Shown: positions 48,777 to 62,578, counted from the first letter of the whole stretch. The stretch is DNA of 63,886 nt, filler included, from Lenisia limosa (GCA_001655205.1; 10 parts of 10 records of this genome joined end to end with filler, not necessarily neighbours in it); one strand, 5' to 3'. Notes: generated by a model not told the origin, from the sequence alone. Made by a program: numbers and translations.

Positions 48777-49699
48777 GGCTGAAGGGTCAGGATTAAATAT
48801 GCTGTACTCTTTAGTTTCCAGACAAAAAAAAGGGGGGGACAAGAGGCAACCATTGTTAAGAAGAGAAGGAAGAAGCCCATTGAAGCCACGCACCGAATAG
48901 CCTAGCGAATCGCGTGTCAGAGCCAGCAACGTCGGCGCCAAGTGGACGCAGGCGAAGCCTTTGGGCTGACTTCTTCACCTGCGAATGCCAATTATCAAAA
49001 AATCAAAACTAAATATCAACTGTATTGAGAGAGGCTGGAAAAGAAAAGAATATGACAGCTCCTCAATGATGAAACTAAAGACACAGGAAAACAAAAAAAA
49101 AGAAATGTAACGCACCTTGGCCGAATTTGCAGATACCGAACCTGCCAATGGAAAAAGGGGAGATGGAAAAGGGTCAAGGGTCAAGAAGAAAGATGACTGG
49201 GAAGTATAAACTGTTGTTTGTTTTATTATGGATGGGGGTGGTATTAATAGAGAGAGCAGTGTGTGATCCTGGTGTGATCAATTTAAAGACCTTGAAATAC
49301 GCAAAAAACAAACAACGAGAACGTGAGAGGGGGCGAGGCAGCGGCTCGCTTTCGCATCTTGCAATTCAATTCACGGATTTTCAATGAGCTACTCCACTAC
49401 ATTGCTCCACGCTCTCCACAACACCACATTATTGTTTGGCAGGTTTAAGGGAGTTTTTGTCATACTTTTTGATTCATGCGACAAAGAACATCTCCCAGGT
49501 TATCGTATGTGCGTACCTCCCGGATATCTTGCTATTTGCCGGATGTCTAATCTGAGTATCATCTAAAAAGCTCTTGCGAAATAAAAAAACAAGGTTGTTC
49601 AGGCTGAAGCCGTCCATCACGTCGTGCTATTGGGTTACCCTCCAGGGAAAAAAGAACAACAATAACTATCAGCCAATCTTCAACACAACAACGAAGCTA

Positions 49700-52600
49700 A
49701 ACAAATGCACAAGCCATATACGACTGCGGCCTCCCAGCGAAGTTCGATCCAGCCCAATCCTCGGGATCTGAAATGTCACAATAACAAACATTCTAACAGT
49801 GTTAATTCGTCTACCTAGTCCAAATATATCATATACTATATGGGCTTTCCTGAAAAATCACACCAAACCGCTACACTCTCGATATCACATGTTAATTATT
49901 TTATTATTGTATTTGATGATGGTACTTTTGGGTTCATACTAACTTCAACCCCCCCTAACCTGGATAGCTGACGCTGTCCGACCAATTATTAGTAAACCAA
50001 ATGCTGTGCAGGGTAAAAGCAGGGTCGAATGTGGATTTCATTAAAGGCAAAGGGGAGATGGCATATCCGCAATATATAGCAATGAGAAAAAAAATAAAAT
50101 AAGGTTGTATCNNNNNNNNNNNNNNNNNNNNNNNNNNNNNNNNNNNNNNNNNNNNNNNNNNNNNNNNNNNNNNGAAGTCCACTTAAATTGCAAAAACAAT
50201 GTTTTTTTTTTGGAATTTCGCCCGCTTTTCCGTGGAATATTGCAAGAAATATGCACTTCTCTGAGTCAACTTCAAGATAATTGGATAACATTAATATTTT
50301 GTCATTATCTAGGTATTAACTTTTCAAATATAGGTCAAATCGTCTTGTTTTCAAGTCTAAAATCACCCATAGAAAGTGCTAAATTCCATTAATTTAGATG
50401 ACGATTTCACAAAGCGGTGTGAAACAAAGACATTACTGAATTCAGCTAATCATCTCACGGAAACGATTAAACTCACAATTATACTTTTGTCCACCCCAGA
50501 CCCCAAATCGTATAAACTAGGTTACAAAAATGTAATTGGACTCCCGCTTTAATTCCCCAATCATTTGCCTTACAACTCTGTACACACAGCTTTCTGCGTG
50601 CCTCCCCAGCATACCCGCAATAGTTTTCATTGGCACGGTCGCAGTGATCTCCCACAATGTTACTAGGCAACGCGTGAACCTGTCCAAAGAGGTTTCTAAA
50701 TCCACCTGAAAAATGAAATTGTAAACTACAGCTACAAGATGTGAGCCACATCTACTGTTAATCATATTGACCCCTTACCCACCCTCTTTATAGAGTGGCA
50801 TGGCCAAGACGGGGTTGGACGTTATGGCACTCACCATGGCGTGGCCAGTCTGGTGGCGTTAAAGTAATGTTTTGGACCAAAGAGAAGCTCACCACTAAAA
50901 GATATATCATGTGCATATGCAAAATACAACATATCGATATCATATTTATGTGTACTGTGATATCTAATTTTAACTCTATCAGGATTTCAATAAGACCATT
51001 CCCACCCTAAAAATAGTATTCTTGACAGCAAGCCATCCCTCGGATTGGAATCCTCTGCCGACCTAAACCATTACTAATGCTGGCTGTTTTGGATGGATAA
51101 CCAAATAGATGGCGGTAGGTGATGGTGGAAGTATTTCTTTATTCAGTGTTAAATAGCAATTTGTGCTTGTCACTTGAAATATGATGCACCCCTTTTTTTC
51201 CACTATCCCACCTGTGGCCACCCCTCATTGCTGCAAAGGTCCAGCATTGCTGCCTTCACTAAAAAATTAGAATCCAGGGCTGTCTAGATCCAAATGTATC
51301 GGTTCTTTCACGTTCCGCAATAACAGTCCAAAATCCCAAAAAGTTAACCATAGCTTTGGGCCCCTCAAACCAGAGGCGACGTCGTTCAGATCGCCAAAAG
51401 GTGCGAGAGGCAACTCAACAAATTTAATGGAGTACACTGACGAGTACGATCCCATTGTACACCAAATCTGAGAGTGAAATCAGGCCTTCTTGGCAACAGG
51501 ATCAAATCAAGTTGAAAGCGGTTTAAGAGCGATCTGCCATCGCCATCCTCCAGCGCCGCAATATAAACATTCAAGCAGAAAGGCCTCACCTGCCTGGGGC
51601 CCAATGCGGTGTTGAAGGAGTAGTATCCTTCAGGAAGCCTGGGGTTGGACTGGTAGAGGTCCGCACAGTCCGAGTGCAGAAGGCTGAAGAGACTGGCCGT
51701 GTCTGGCTGTGTAAGCTGCGAACAACATTGTGCGGGAATCCAGTATCACACTTACACACAAACACGTCAACGAACCTAGTTGGTCGGCACCAATGGCTCC
51801 GGTGGCAACTTGGTTCTACGCAGTGAGGGAAATAAACCGTTCCAATGCTGTTACAACGGGGGGTAGTTAGTTGCTAGAAACCAGTGGCACATTCCCACCG
51901 AAGTAATAGGGAAGACTGCCGCGTTTCCAGGGGAGGTTGGTGTGGTTAGGTTCAAGACTTGGTTACCGTTCAAACTGAATTGGTGAGAAAAGAACCACTC
52001 AAAGGTCTTGACAAGTGTTAACGCCTAAGATGCCTACTTGATGTTCTTGGTGACCACGATTTCGTCTTGTTTCATCACAAAAGAGGTGGTGAGCGAGGCC
52101 ACCTGTTGGTTGTAACAACAAAAATACTCGGCATTCTTCGGCAATCACCTTTTTCAAAAACTGGATTGTATAGCAGAAGCCGTCCACACCATCACGCTTG
52201 AGGAGATAGTATATAGAATTATTGTGTAATAGTAATTCACCCAGTAATTTGCACGGTGCACAAAGCTTTCTGCGCCAGCATAATCATGATAACAACAATC
52301 CAGTTCAGTTTGGTCAAAAATCACACCCCATCATCATCGTTGCATCAACATACCAATAGGAGGGATATCATCAGTAGGTAATGAGAGACCATGATGCAGA
52401 GCTGTCAAGGTCAAGTAGACGTCTCACTCGAGTAACTCCCTGACTATGAATCAATCTTCTCCCCCAATCTAATATATACTCAATATATCTTCTATCTATA
52501 TTCCAGTCTGGTTCTTCAAGGTTCTCAATTCTCAAACTGGTTTCCTCCTTTCCTCAAAGCGCATACAATTTATCCGAATCCGAACCGCGTCCCCTATCCT

Positions 52601-52740
52601 TCCCTTTTTCCCTTTTTCAGCCATGTTTCAGCACCAGACACATACATCCATACATCATTACATACAAGCCCACAGGCTCAGTTTAGCAGGTTAGCACCTC
52701 TTCGTGCCTTTACCCACCATGGTCTTTCCGTACGTCTTGA
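49700..52740 (-). CDS. Probable secreted or surface protein with a fibrinogen-N-like (NEC-type) motif, fragment
   Basis: Exons SDCADLYQSNPRLPEGYYSFNT..LYCGAGGW, GGFRNLFGQVHALPSNIVGDHCDRANENYCG and QFSLNGNQVLNLTTPTSPG. The pattern C..L....P....G.Y...YC...GGW is typical of such domains. Confidence 0.45.
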
Positions 52741-52944
52741 TGGGTACCATCCTTTGGGTATGGATGGATTGGGGGGAGGGGAGGTGGTCCGAATGGCAAA
52801 AGGAATACAAGATAGTATATATGGNNNNNNNNNNNNNNNNNNNNNNNNNNNNNNNNNNNNNNNNNNNNTTAATTAATTAANNNNNNNNNNNNNNNNNNNN
52901 NNNNNNNNNNNNNNNNNNNNNNNNCCCCCCCCCCCTAACTATGA

Positions 52945-55027
52945 GAAACGTGAATGACCTTGATGTAGAGGGTGTGGGCCCCCCAAACGGCACAAACGGT
53001 CAGGATGAGAATTATGGGCAAGATCATCTGTCAGGATGAGAATGATGATATTATAGCTATCAGCTAACTCCACATAGCATAACTATATAGAATAGAGTAT
53101 CGGTATAGTGATTAGAAACAACAAGGTAAAAAAGACCCCGTACCTTGAACAAAAAGACCTCATAAAATGTGAGGCTGGAATTCAGGCCACACTCTGGGGC
53201 TAGAGAAATGAGTTTCACGTACATACATATGTATTATATCAACTTAAGATACTGTGGGAATAGGTAATAAAACACCATCACACTTATAAGAGATATTAAT
53301 AGTAACAATCATAACCCCCCCACAAGCAACTTCCAAGTTGAAGTTGGCAAATGACAGAATCTGGAAGGCGTCTTGCACCTCCTTCGGCCAGTTCATACGG
53401 AATTCGGCGTACAGGGACGTGATTTCTGGGGGGGGGGGGGNNNNNNNNNNNNNNNNNNNNNNNNNNNNNNNNNNNNNNNNNNNNNNNNNNNNNNNNNNNN
53501 NNNNNNNNNNNNNNNNNNNNNNNNNNNNNNNNNNNNNNNNNNNNNNNNNNNNNNNNNNNNNNNNNNNNNNNNNNNNNNNNNNNNNNNNNNNCACAACAAT
53601 ACACAATTAAAAGCAGGTAGTCAATACAAATATAAATTAAAAGCAGATAGTCAATACAGGTATAAATTAAAAGCAGATAGTCAATACAGGTATACATTAA
53701 AAGTAGATCGTCACTAGGGGCCTACGGAGGAAATTGAAAGCAATTCGCGTGGCACCCCATCTTGGATGGCGAGTCGGGGTCAGGGAAACCTGGCGGGGGT
53801 TATATGGGCTGAAAAAACAAGAGAAATAGGATGACAATGTAAGAAACAAAAACTAGCGAAAAACAAAAGAAAAACAGAAAAAAAAAAAACAGATAATGCT
53901 CTTTAGAAGTTACAACTAAATTACAACCCACTTCTTAAGCAAAACAAAGCCTGTGTACAATACACCCCGACCCCCATACGATGTAGAGAGCAACAATTAA
54001 GCCGAGGCAAAAGAGCAATAGAATCGGCAGCAAGATCTGTGACAAAGAACTGCACCGAGTGCACTCCCCGCTGTTCTTGTAGTACCTGGGGGGGGGGGGT
54101 TAACAATGTTGTTATTCTTCTTGTTATTACACACAAATATTCTAACTTCCTTTGTGATACTGTGGTACCTTGTTACGTAATAAGGAAGAATTGAGACATT
54201 TACCGAAGCCGTCGCACAATCGCACAATCACACAAGATATAATATATTATATTTAGTATATATTATTGATTAAAAAATATCATGAGAAATAAAAAAAGTC
54301 GGACGAAACAAAGCAAATGATGGGAATACCCCCCCCCCCCNNNNNNNNNNNNNNNNNNNNNNNNNNNNNNNNNNNNNNNNNNNNNNNNNNNNNNNNNNNN
54401 NNNNNNNNNNNNNNNNNNNNNNNNNNNNNNNNNNAGCAAACACCGTCACCAAGACAAACGTCGTCTGAGGGGCACCTCAGGAATACCTGTGGGGCGTGAG
54501 GGGGGCGCATCACGCTTATAAGAGATATTGGATACTAGAATAATGTTGATTCACCCAGTCATATGCCTTACAACTCTGTACACAGCTTTCTGCGTGCCTC
54601 CCCAGCATATAATCATCATCAAAATCACTCCATCAAGCAATACTTGACATATACTATGATATTATTGATACTACATACCACATCCCTCACATTGCTCTGA
54701 GAGTCTGAGGGGTAGTAGTTGGGTAGAGACATTGGCAGGTAGAATTGGCCTATATTGGGTAAGCAGCTGGTAAAAATGTTCCATATTTGGTAAGTAGCAG
54801 CCTAATTCAACAGATTCCAACATTGGATTAGGGGAAAGGAAAAATAAACCAAAAGAGGAAAAAAAGTGACAGGGTGGGGGGGTGAACCAAAAACAAAACA
54901 GTATAAAATTGCATAATAATGAACAAACAGAGCACCCTCTAATATAATAGCCATTAAACCTACCAGGACACGTTCCGCCTTCGGGGCACAAGAGACATGA
55001 CTCGTCATTCGAGGAGTCGGCTGCGAG
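52945..55027 (-). CDS. Cys-rich ectodomain plus multipass membrane protein (common protist family), fragment
   Basis: CLLCPEGGTCPG, FLRCPSDDVCLGDGVC, YYKNSGECTRCSSLSQILLPILLLFCLGLIVALYI, ITSLYAEFRMNWPKEVQDAFQILSFANFNLE|APECG. Confidence 0.7.
53600..53705. repeat. Intronic tandem repeat, 30-nt unit, about 3 copies
   Basis: AATTAAAAGCAGATAGTCAATACAGGTATA repeated with small variants. Confidence 0.85.
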
Positions 55028-55228
55028 NNNNNNNNNNNNNNNNNNNNNNNNNNNNNNNNNNNNNNNNNNNNTTAATTAATTAANNNNNNNNNNNNNNNNN
55101 NNNNNNNNNNNNNNNNNNNNNNNNNNNACTACTGCTACTCTTCAACCTTCTTGCTAACAGAGTTGGTTTTGTGGTCCTTTTTTTTGTATTAATATTTCAT
55201 AAATTTCCCCTTTTCACCCCCCTCCCAG

Positions 55229-56573
55229 TTCTACCGCTCCTCACGCTACATCTACCCGGTGGGCTTCCGAAGTGCTCGAAGTTTCACCAGTCCACACGAT
55301 CCTGATGCCAGGACCTGGTGTAAGAGGGGAGTTGTTTTTAGAGAAAAAAAAAAGAGTTACGGAGGGTTATGGAGGGGTAGTAGCTTGTTCATGAGGGAAT
55401 GTCATAAAAAGGTGTAGAGGCGTAACATACAAACTCAATTTCTTAATGATAAATCGAATCTGAAGAACATTTCTGGACAAAATACCTTAACCAAACTATC
55501 TCGTGACTTACACAGACTACTGTGAGATTATTGACGGAGGGAAGCATCCTGCCTTCTGCATCCGGTCGTTAGGCGAAAACGCCCTCACTGTCATTGAAGG
55601 TTCCCCGTCTGCTGCCTGGATAAAGGTTCTTGAGGTGGGGGGATACAGGGTTAAAATTCTTAAAAGAAGGGCCCAATGAGTATTATACATCCACTGCCAT
55701 ACAACAACAAACGAATTCCTTCCTTCTCTTCCTTCCCTCTCTTCGTTCCCTCTCTCTCTTCCCTCTATTCCTTCAAGGGCTCCATGCAATTAATTGCTGG
55801 CCATTATTTGTTCAATTATTATTGCCTGACCATCGCAAATAATTGGCAATTAATTGCGGTAATGAATTGCAAGGTGGCCTATTCCTTCCCTCTTTTCCTT
55901 TCCTTCATTCCTAACCTGTTTAGCACATTCGTAACGTTCGAGTCAAACTTGGTAAACCTCTCCCAAGTAACACCATAATCAGGTAAACGTTTGACCATTA
56001 CCATCATAATGTTTATTGTCAAAGTTATGTTTTAGAGTGTTTTTACTGATATCTGTGAGCTCTTATAGCCTGTTTTTTTTTTGGTTTTGTTTGTACTATT
56101 TAACATGATGCATTATATCCTTTGTGAACGAGGACTTCTCTATGTCCCGAAAAGACCAATAAAATAATAACTGTTGAAGTCCGATATCTTCCATTTTCCT
56201 CGTCCTCACCCTCGCAGTGGACCCGAATATTTCGGACTGGCCCGACCCGAAGTAATGGATTGCATTGCACGCCTCAAGGTGGGGGAGGGGAGTATTGTTG
56301 CTAGAGCTTCCCTACTGCCGAAAAAGACCACCAAAATATCGATATTTATAAGGTATTTATCAGGAAATTCTTCTGAGAACGTAGAAAGCCCTATTTATTG
56401 CAAATGGAGAAATGTGCCACAAAGGCTTTGCTATCCCTTTGGCACTCATTTTAGTGTCTTTTTTTTACCAATTTTGCCCCTCACACCTAAGGGTGCCGAG
56501 GCGTGGAACCCAACCTATCGAGAGCGAAAGGAGCGTGGCAGCTCAAATCCGTCCGCCGCTGCCGCTGCCGCTG
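55229..56573 (+). CDS. FYRN/FYRC domain protein (TBRG1-like or chromatin factor), fragment; may continue to ~58770
   Basis: FYRSSRYIYPVGFRSARSFTSPHDPDART, YCEIIDGGKHPAFCI..SPSAAWIKVL, SGPEYFGLARPEVMDCIARL. Confidence 0.82.
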
Positions 56574-59369
56574 NNNNNNNNNNNNNNNNNNNNNNNNNNN
56601 NNNNNNNNNNNNNNNNNNNNNNNNNNNNNNNNNNNNNNNNNNNNNNNNNNNNNNNNNNNNNNNNNNNNNNNNNNNNNNNNNNNNNNNNNNNNNNNNNNNN
56701 NNNNNNNNNNNNNNNNNNNNNNNNNNNNNNNNNNNNNNNNNNNNNTTTACTTCTTGAAATATTTCTCACTTTTCAGGATCTTTCAACCCCACCCACCACT
56801 CCTCAGTCCTTCACAAGTCACAGCAGTATCCCCGCTCTCAAACCCGTTAACTTCTTCTAATGTTACCTTCTTTCAACTCGTTTATTGCCAACTCAAGTTC
56901 GTTGGTGTAGTACTCATTATGTTCGCTTTTTCTCTGAATGAATGTGTGATTCACTCTGTGCTTCTTTGGGTCCAAAAGATATGTTAGTATTTGTAAGTAT
57001 TATACATGTAGGGTGTACAGATGAGAAATACAAACAGGTAGTAAATGTATCGTTCACAATTACCCAATTACCCTACTGTTACAATATTGTTACCCTGACA
57101 AATTGAAAAAACAGCCAACAGAACGGTAAGTACAGAAACGGTCTGGGACAGCAATACCCTATCTCATCATCTCATCATCTGATTAAGGGTCATCGTCATA
57201 AATATAATATATAATATATATCGATATATTATATACGCTTTTTTGGCTAGGTAGGTTAGGTCAGNNNNNNNNNNNNNNNNNNNNNNNNNNNNNNNNNNNN
57301 NNNNNNNNNNNNNNNNNNNNNNNNNNNNNNNNNNNNNNNNNNNNNNNNNNNNNNNNNNNNCTGTATTGTTTAGCACATTGGAAAGACTAAATAAAGATGT
57401 CAGTGAACCTCTGACTGTTGACGAAGCTGTGTTGAAAATCTGTCAGCAGATCTAACAGGGCAAGGGGGGTCAAAGTGCTGTGTATATATTTGGTAAATAT
57501 ATACTGTATAAGAGGGGGTAAGGTTGAGCCAAAAAAAGGAAATACTAACTATATTTATAAAGATGAACATCCAAGTTTCGGCAATTGTGTCGGATCTCGG
57601 AAAGTTCAGTTCAACTTTCTACTGAAATTTTTTTCTTTCCACACCAATCCACACTCACACTAGCTCGACACTTCGACAATAGCCCTCCTCTGTGCAAAAA
57701 TTCACAACCCACTCGCAAGCTCCTGAGATCCTGAGTGCCACAGCCGATTCTCACGAAGATGGCCGACTGAGTACCCCCATGATCATGATACAAATGTTGC
57801 AACCAATTGTGATAATTAGGCTAATTTAAACCACTCCACATTTTGCATTGCGGTAAAAATAAACTTGGCCATAGCAGCTATTTAGATTGATTGGTTTTAT
57901 ATAGTCTATATTCCTCCAAGGTGGTCATCTTTAGTTTCCCCCTTACCCCTCAGTTCCCCCTCATCCTCCTGCTGCTCATCAACCATGCCTCCAAACAAAG
58001 TAAAACGTTTGCTGGCCTATTATCTTCTGTTGAGTAGTTGGATGGATGATTTGGGTTTTGAATTGTGCCTGGTGTAGTCGACAGTGATACATTATTTTCA
58101 ATATATCTTCAAACGTAAACATGTGGTGGTGGAAAATTGAGAAAGAAAAAACACGATGTATATAGTTCACGGTTACCTTCAGCTAATGTGACACCAGCAG
58201 CAGAGCCGAAAACACCCCCAAAAGCCAAAAAACCAACCCTTTTTAATGAGGATGGAAAGCAAATTGCCCAGAGCACTCGTAGAACTGATCGAAGGTTTGA
58301 AGGTGATTAGAATTTGAACTTGCATCTTTACTGTTAACATATTTGTTCATATTGAGTATATTCACGAGGGAACCTTTTTCATTTCATGTTAAATATTATC
58401 GTCAAATAATATTTAGGCTGGTTTCAGAAATTATTTCTCCTAACGTCACAGAACAGTTGCAGGCAGAGCAGAGAAAAAAGCCGAACACAATATATTGTGT
58501 TCCATAAATGAAAGGTGTGGTGGTTTTCTTTGCATTTGCTTTGTTGCGTATTTCAACATCATTACGGCATTTGTCATCTGTTGGATTTGCAGAGAAACCT
58601 CTTCTTGATCTCGAATATTTGAGAGTAGTACAGGAAGAGTCTATGTCACGTACTGTTTGTTACCTTATCGAACTTTTCTTTGTCATTTCTAACTTAGTAG
58701 GAGTCTTGAGGGAGACTATAGTAAAGCGAAAGAGGAGTTCAACATCATTTGTCAAGCTCCTTCCTTGTGGGTAAATGAAGCAAATTACGTATTTCGATAA
58801 TATGTAATAAATATGTGTCATGTAAACTCTTTTTTAGATCGATTTTTTCTCGTTTTTGAAGATTGTTTGCTTAGTTACACAGATATTGTCTGTTTTTTGT
58901 TTCGNNNNNNNNNNNNNNNNNNNNNNNNNNNNNNNNNNNNNNNNNNNNTTAATTAATTAANNNNNNNNNNNNNNNNNNNNNNNNNNNNNNNNNNNNNNNN
59001 NNNNCGATGGGCTGTTAGACCCTTCAAATGAGGCGCGGGTGTGCGGAATTGCGTGTCCGCGCTGCGTTTGGCAAGCCCTTAAAAATGGGCTCTTGTCACA
59101 GTAATATTGTAGCTGTCTGAAGTTGATTTTTTATTTTGTTTTTTTTTTGTTTGGTGCTGTGAGGCCCTTTGAATATTAATTTTATTATCTTATAAGGGTG
59201 GTGGGGTGGGAAAAGCCAACGGTGTGTTTTCAAAAAATTTTCATAAAAATACCAATTTTCACCAGTCCTGTGCATTTCAAACAATACTATTTCATCAATT
59301 TAAATAGCTGAAACACTAAACCCCATTGATCAATCACAACTAGGAGGCGGGCCAAGATGTTTGTTCAGA

Positions 59370-60620
59370 GTAGACAATCAAGGAACTTGAACTCTTCCAA
59401 CCACAAAGGCATTGATATCCAGCTGGGATGGTAAGTAAACCCGGCCAAGAGCATTGTAATTCCCAACAAACCACAGGTGGTAGATTGTTGCTCCTCTCCT
59501 TGCGCTAAATTGTATTATATGCCTGAAGCATAAGATGAGCAGCCAATTTAAGAAGCAATAGTTGAAAATAAAGCTATAACAACAGACCAAAAGAGCTTAG
59601 AACTAGTCAGTTTGAAACTAGCATATTTGAAAATTTGTCATTTTGTTTCAAAATTTTATAGCTTTACAATGACCAACTTCTCAACCAAATGTTCCGATAA
59701 CTCTAACGTCACTTCCAGACATAATAATATCTTCCGGGGTATCAATAGACGAGATATAATAATTGTCTTCTATAAAGGCAACGCGAACTTGGGATTCAGC
59801 AGTTCCAAATGGTGGTTTGAGGAGCCGACCCGAGACGCATATGTATCTATATCGCTTTTCATGAATCTGATAGGTTAACACTTAGATAACACTACAGGAA
59901 AAAGGTGTTCAAAAACGGTGACTTCATCAAAAACGAACAAAAGAATTGCACTCACAAACCAGTTCTAAATGCGACTGGAGACTTGAGATATTGCTGTCTT
60001 TTGAAGCAAACAAATTAACCAAATCCTTAATCCGATCATCGCTATTCCTTGTTTGTGTGCGCCTTTCACCCTTGAATGTCTTTAAAACCTTGAACATTAG
60101 GTGCATGAGGTAGGTAGCGGTAAATATGTATGTGTTACATCTTCATTACTACTTGGGCTTCACTTTGGTTCAAAAAAGACCGCTTAATTATCGATAGTTT
60201 TCGAGGAGTTATCGAGAAATTCAGTCTTCTTTCGAACCGAAGTGAAGCCCTAAACTACCCTTCTTACACTTTCAACGTCGTCGCCCCCTTCAGCAATAAA
60301 GCTGCCAATGTCCAAATAGAGCGATTTCTCTTCGCTCTATGATTCGGTGAAATGAATGTATTAATAGCAATATGATATGATATAATATGTAGCATGTAGC
60401 ATTGAGAAATAAAATAACAAGGTTGTATCTGGCCGAAACCGTCCACACCAAAAGGATGTTGAATTATAGTATAAAATTCACCCATGATATTATGTAATAT
60501 GATATACATATACTATATAATGCTGGGAAGGCATGCAGAAAGCTGCGCACAGATTCGATATTTCACAGGGCTATTGCGGACCACTGGAAAGCGCCAGTCA
60601 TGGATGTCAGTGATGGATGT
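59370..60620 (-). CDS. Unidentified spliced gene fragment
   Basis: AG/GT-bounded open exons such as IHEKRYRYICVSGRLLKPPFGTAESQVRVAFIEDNYYISSIDTPEDIIMSGSDVRVIGTF and SEEKSLYLDIGSFIAEGGDDVES. Confidence 0.4.
60155..60250. mobile_element. MITE-like family C copy
   Basis: GGGCTTCACTTTGGTTC...GAACCGAAGTGAAGCCC(TA). Confidence 0.85.
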
Positions 60621-61254
60621 AGTGGCGATAAATGCTTTTCGAAAAATACTTAATATTTCTCACTTCTCTTTTGTATTTGGGACACCGTGCATGAGAAAAT
60701 TTCGAAATGTGTTCATCAGTAGAATTGATTGTGAAAATTCTAACTCCGTGCAACTAATTATAAGGACAGTATATTATAACTCTTTAGGTTGAACTTGTTG
60801 AACTTCCCCCACAATTATAACTCTTTAGGTTGAACTTCCGCTATGAAATCATTGAAGATGGTCGTGAATCTGGGTCATATCACCGATCAACGGGTGGGGG
60901 GGGGGGGGNNNNNNNNNNNNNNNNNNNNNNNNNNNNNNNNNNNNNNNNNNNNNNNNNNNNNNNGTTCGAAAAAAGACCAAATTTATCTATAATTTTTCGA
61001 ATTTTTCGATATTTTACCAGTCTTTTTCGGACCGAATTATCACTAACTCCAATTGTTAACTGTTAACTTATTAGGATGGGTAACCTGAAAATCTCCAAAA
61101 AGGACCCCGGGCGGTTTTTCCCCGATCTTGGCAGAATCTCAACTCTTCTTGCACCACCAAAACAGCAGAATAGTTTAAGCAAACCACTGGTGGAGGTTGT
61201 ATAGTGAGGCGTTGAAATTGTGGATTTACCCCGAGTCTTGTTTCATTAGCCAAA

Positions 61255-61271
61255 AGAGGAAGCAAAAGTTT

Positions 61272-61313
<42 letters not shown>

Positions 61314-61400
61314 ACTTTTCGGACAGAGGCTGTTTCAGCTGATAGCAGTACTGCAAAACAGCTCTAATTTTTGAAGATGTGTCCGAAAAGGTGTTCGGAT
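61255..61400 (+). pseudogene. Orphan 18S rRNA 3'-end fragment followed by an ITS1-like hairpin
   Basis: 61255-61311 reads AGAGGAAGCAAAAGTTTTAACAAGGTTTCCGTAGGTGAACCTGCGGAAGGATCATTA, the canonical SSU end except that the universal GTCGTAAC is GTTTTAAC. It is followed by the stem AACACTTTTCGGACA...TGTCCGAAAAGGTGTT. No SSU body upstream and no 5.8S downstream. Confidence 0.8.
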
Positions 61401-62578
61401 AGTACTCATGTCAAGCCGGCAAGGGCACATCAGGAGTTTGTTATCTTTTCAGCATCACAGGTTATTGGGTGGAGACGTTAGGGGTTTTTAGACTTATCAT
61501 TGTGGTATTCCACCCATGTATTGCGTGATGTATTAACTAACCAATGATGGGGCCGTTTACGACTCCTATTGTGTATGTATTTATGTTAAAAGAATAAAAG
61601 TTGTTACATGAGTTATACATCTCAAGGTTGCTATTGAATGTTGTTTTTTTTTCTATTTTTTTATAGGTGCTGTTCGCTTGCTTTTTACTCTCAGATTTAC
61701 CCCAAGTTTATTATTGAGCTCAATGAGTGGTGAGATGCGCTGTTAAGAAGCCATTAATATGTTTGTCTTTGGTTGCGCTGAATTGTGCGTTATGTTTTTT
61801 GAATTGATTTTGTTGCTTGAAAAGACATTTCAAAGGTCGAGATATATGTAAAGATAATACAAGGAGAGAAAAGGGACAAAGTATCTTCTTTTTTATGAAT
61901 AACTTATTTATTCAATTTAATATGATGTGTCGTAGAGAATCTGTGTTGTATATCGATGTTATTATGATATGTTCTTCTGTCTCACAATTTTGTATGTTAA
62001 CACATATAGTATCAATGAATTTCGAGTAGAAATGATGAACGAAAATAGACCCAGGATTCCTCGTGTTTCAGAGTATCATTGAGACTTGTCGACTTGCGAT
62101 TACTTTCTTCGTTAAAGATTAATTCTAAATACGAGTGGATATGTATCATATCACTGCGTGGAAAATGATAGGTCACACTTGTGAAAGGACATATTTCCTA
62201 TTCCAAAAATCAAATTAACACAGCCTACGCTGTTCAAACCTTTTTCACTTCGACAATTCGCCTCTAAAGCGTTATTATGACAAAATATATGAGGATATTT
62301 TTTTGAAGTCGGTTGAAATTAATTGCAAAATAAATCAGAAAATTAATATCTATTCGGTACGTCTTCGTTTANNNNNNNNNNNNNNNNNNNNNNNNNNNNN
62401 NNNNNNNNNNNNNNNTTAATTAATTAANNNNNNNNNNNNNNNNNNNNNNNNNNNNNNNNNNNNNNNNNNNNCTCCCATTTCCTTCGTTTACCTCTTTTAA
62501 CGATTTGAGGCTTTATTCTGTTTCATAAATTTTTCCTTTTAACAATGTTCCTTCCCTTGCCCATTTTTTACACTGCAG

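Noticed and set aside
61070-62371. Functional rDNA unit (18S-ITS1-5.8S)
   Set aside because: No SSU body upstream, the universal GTCGTAAC is mutated, and no 5.8S motifs (GATGAAGAACG, GAATTGCAGAA) occur before the contig end.
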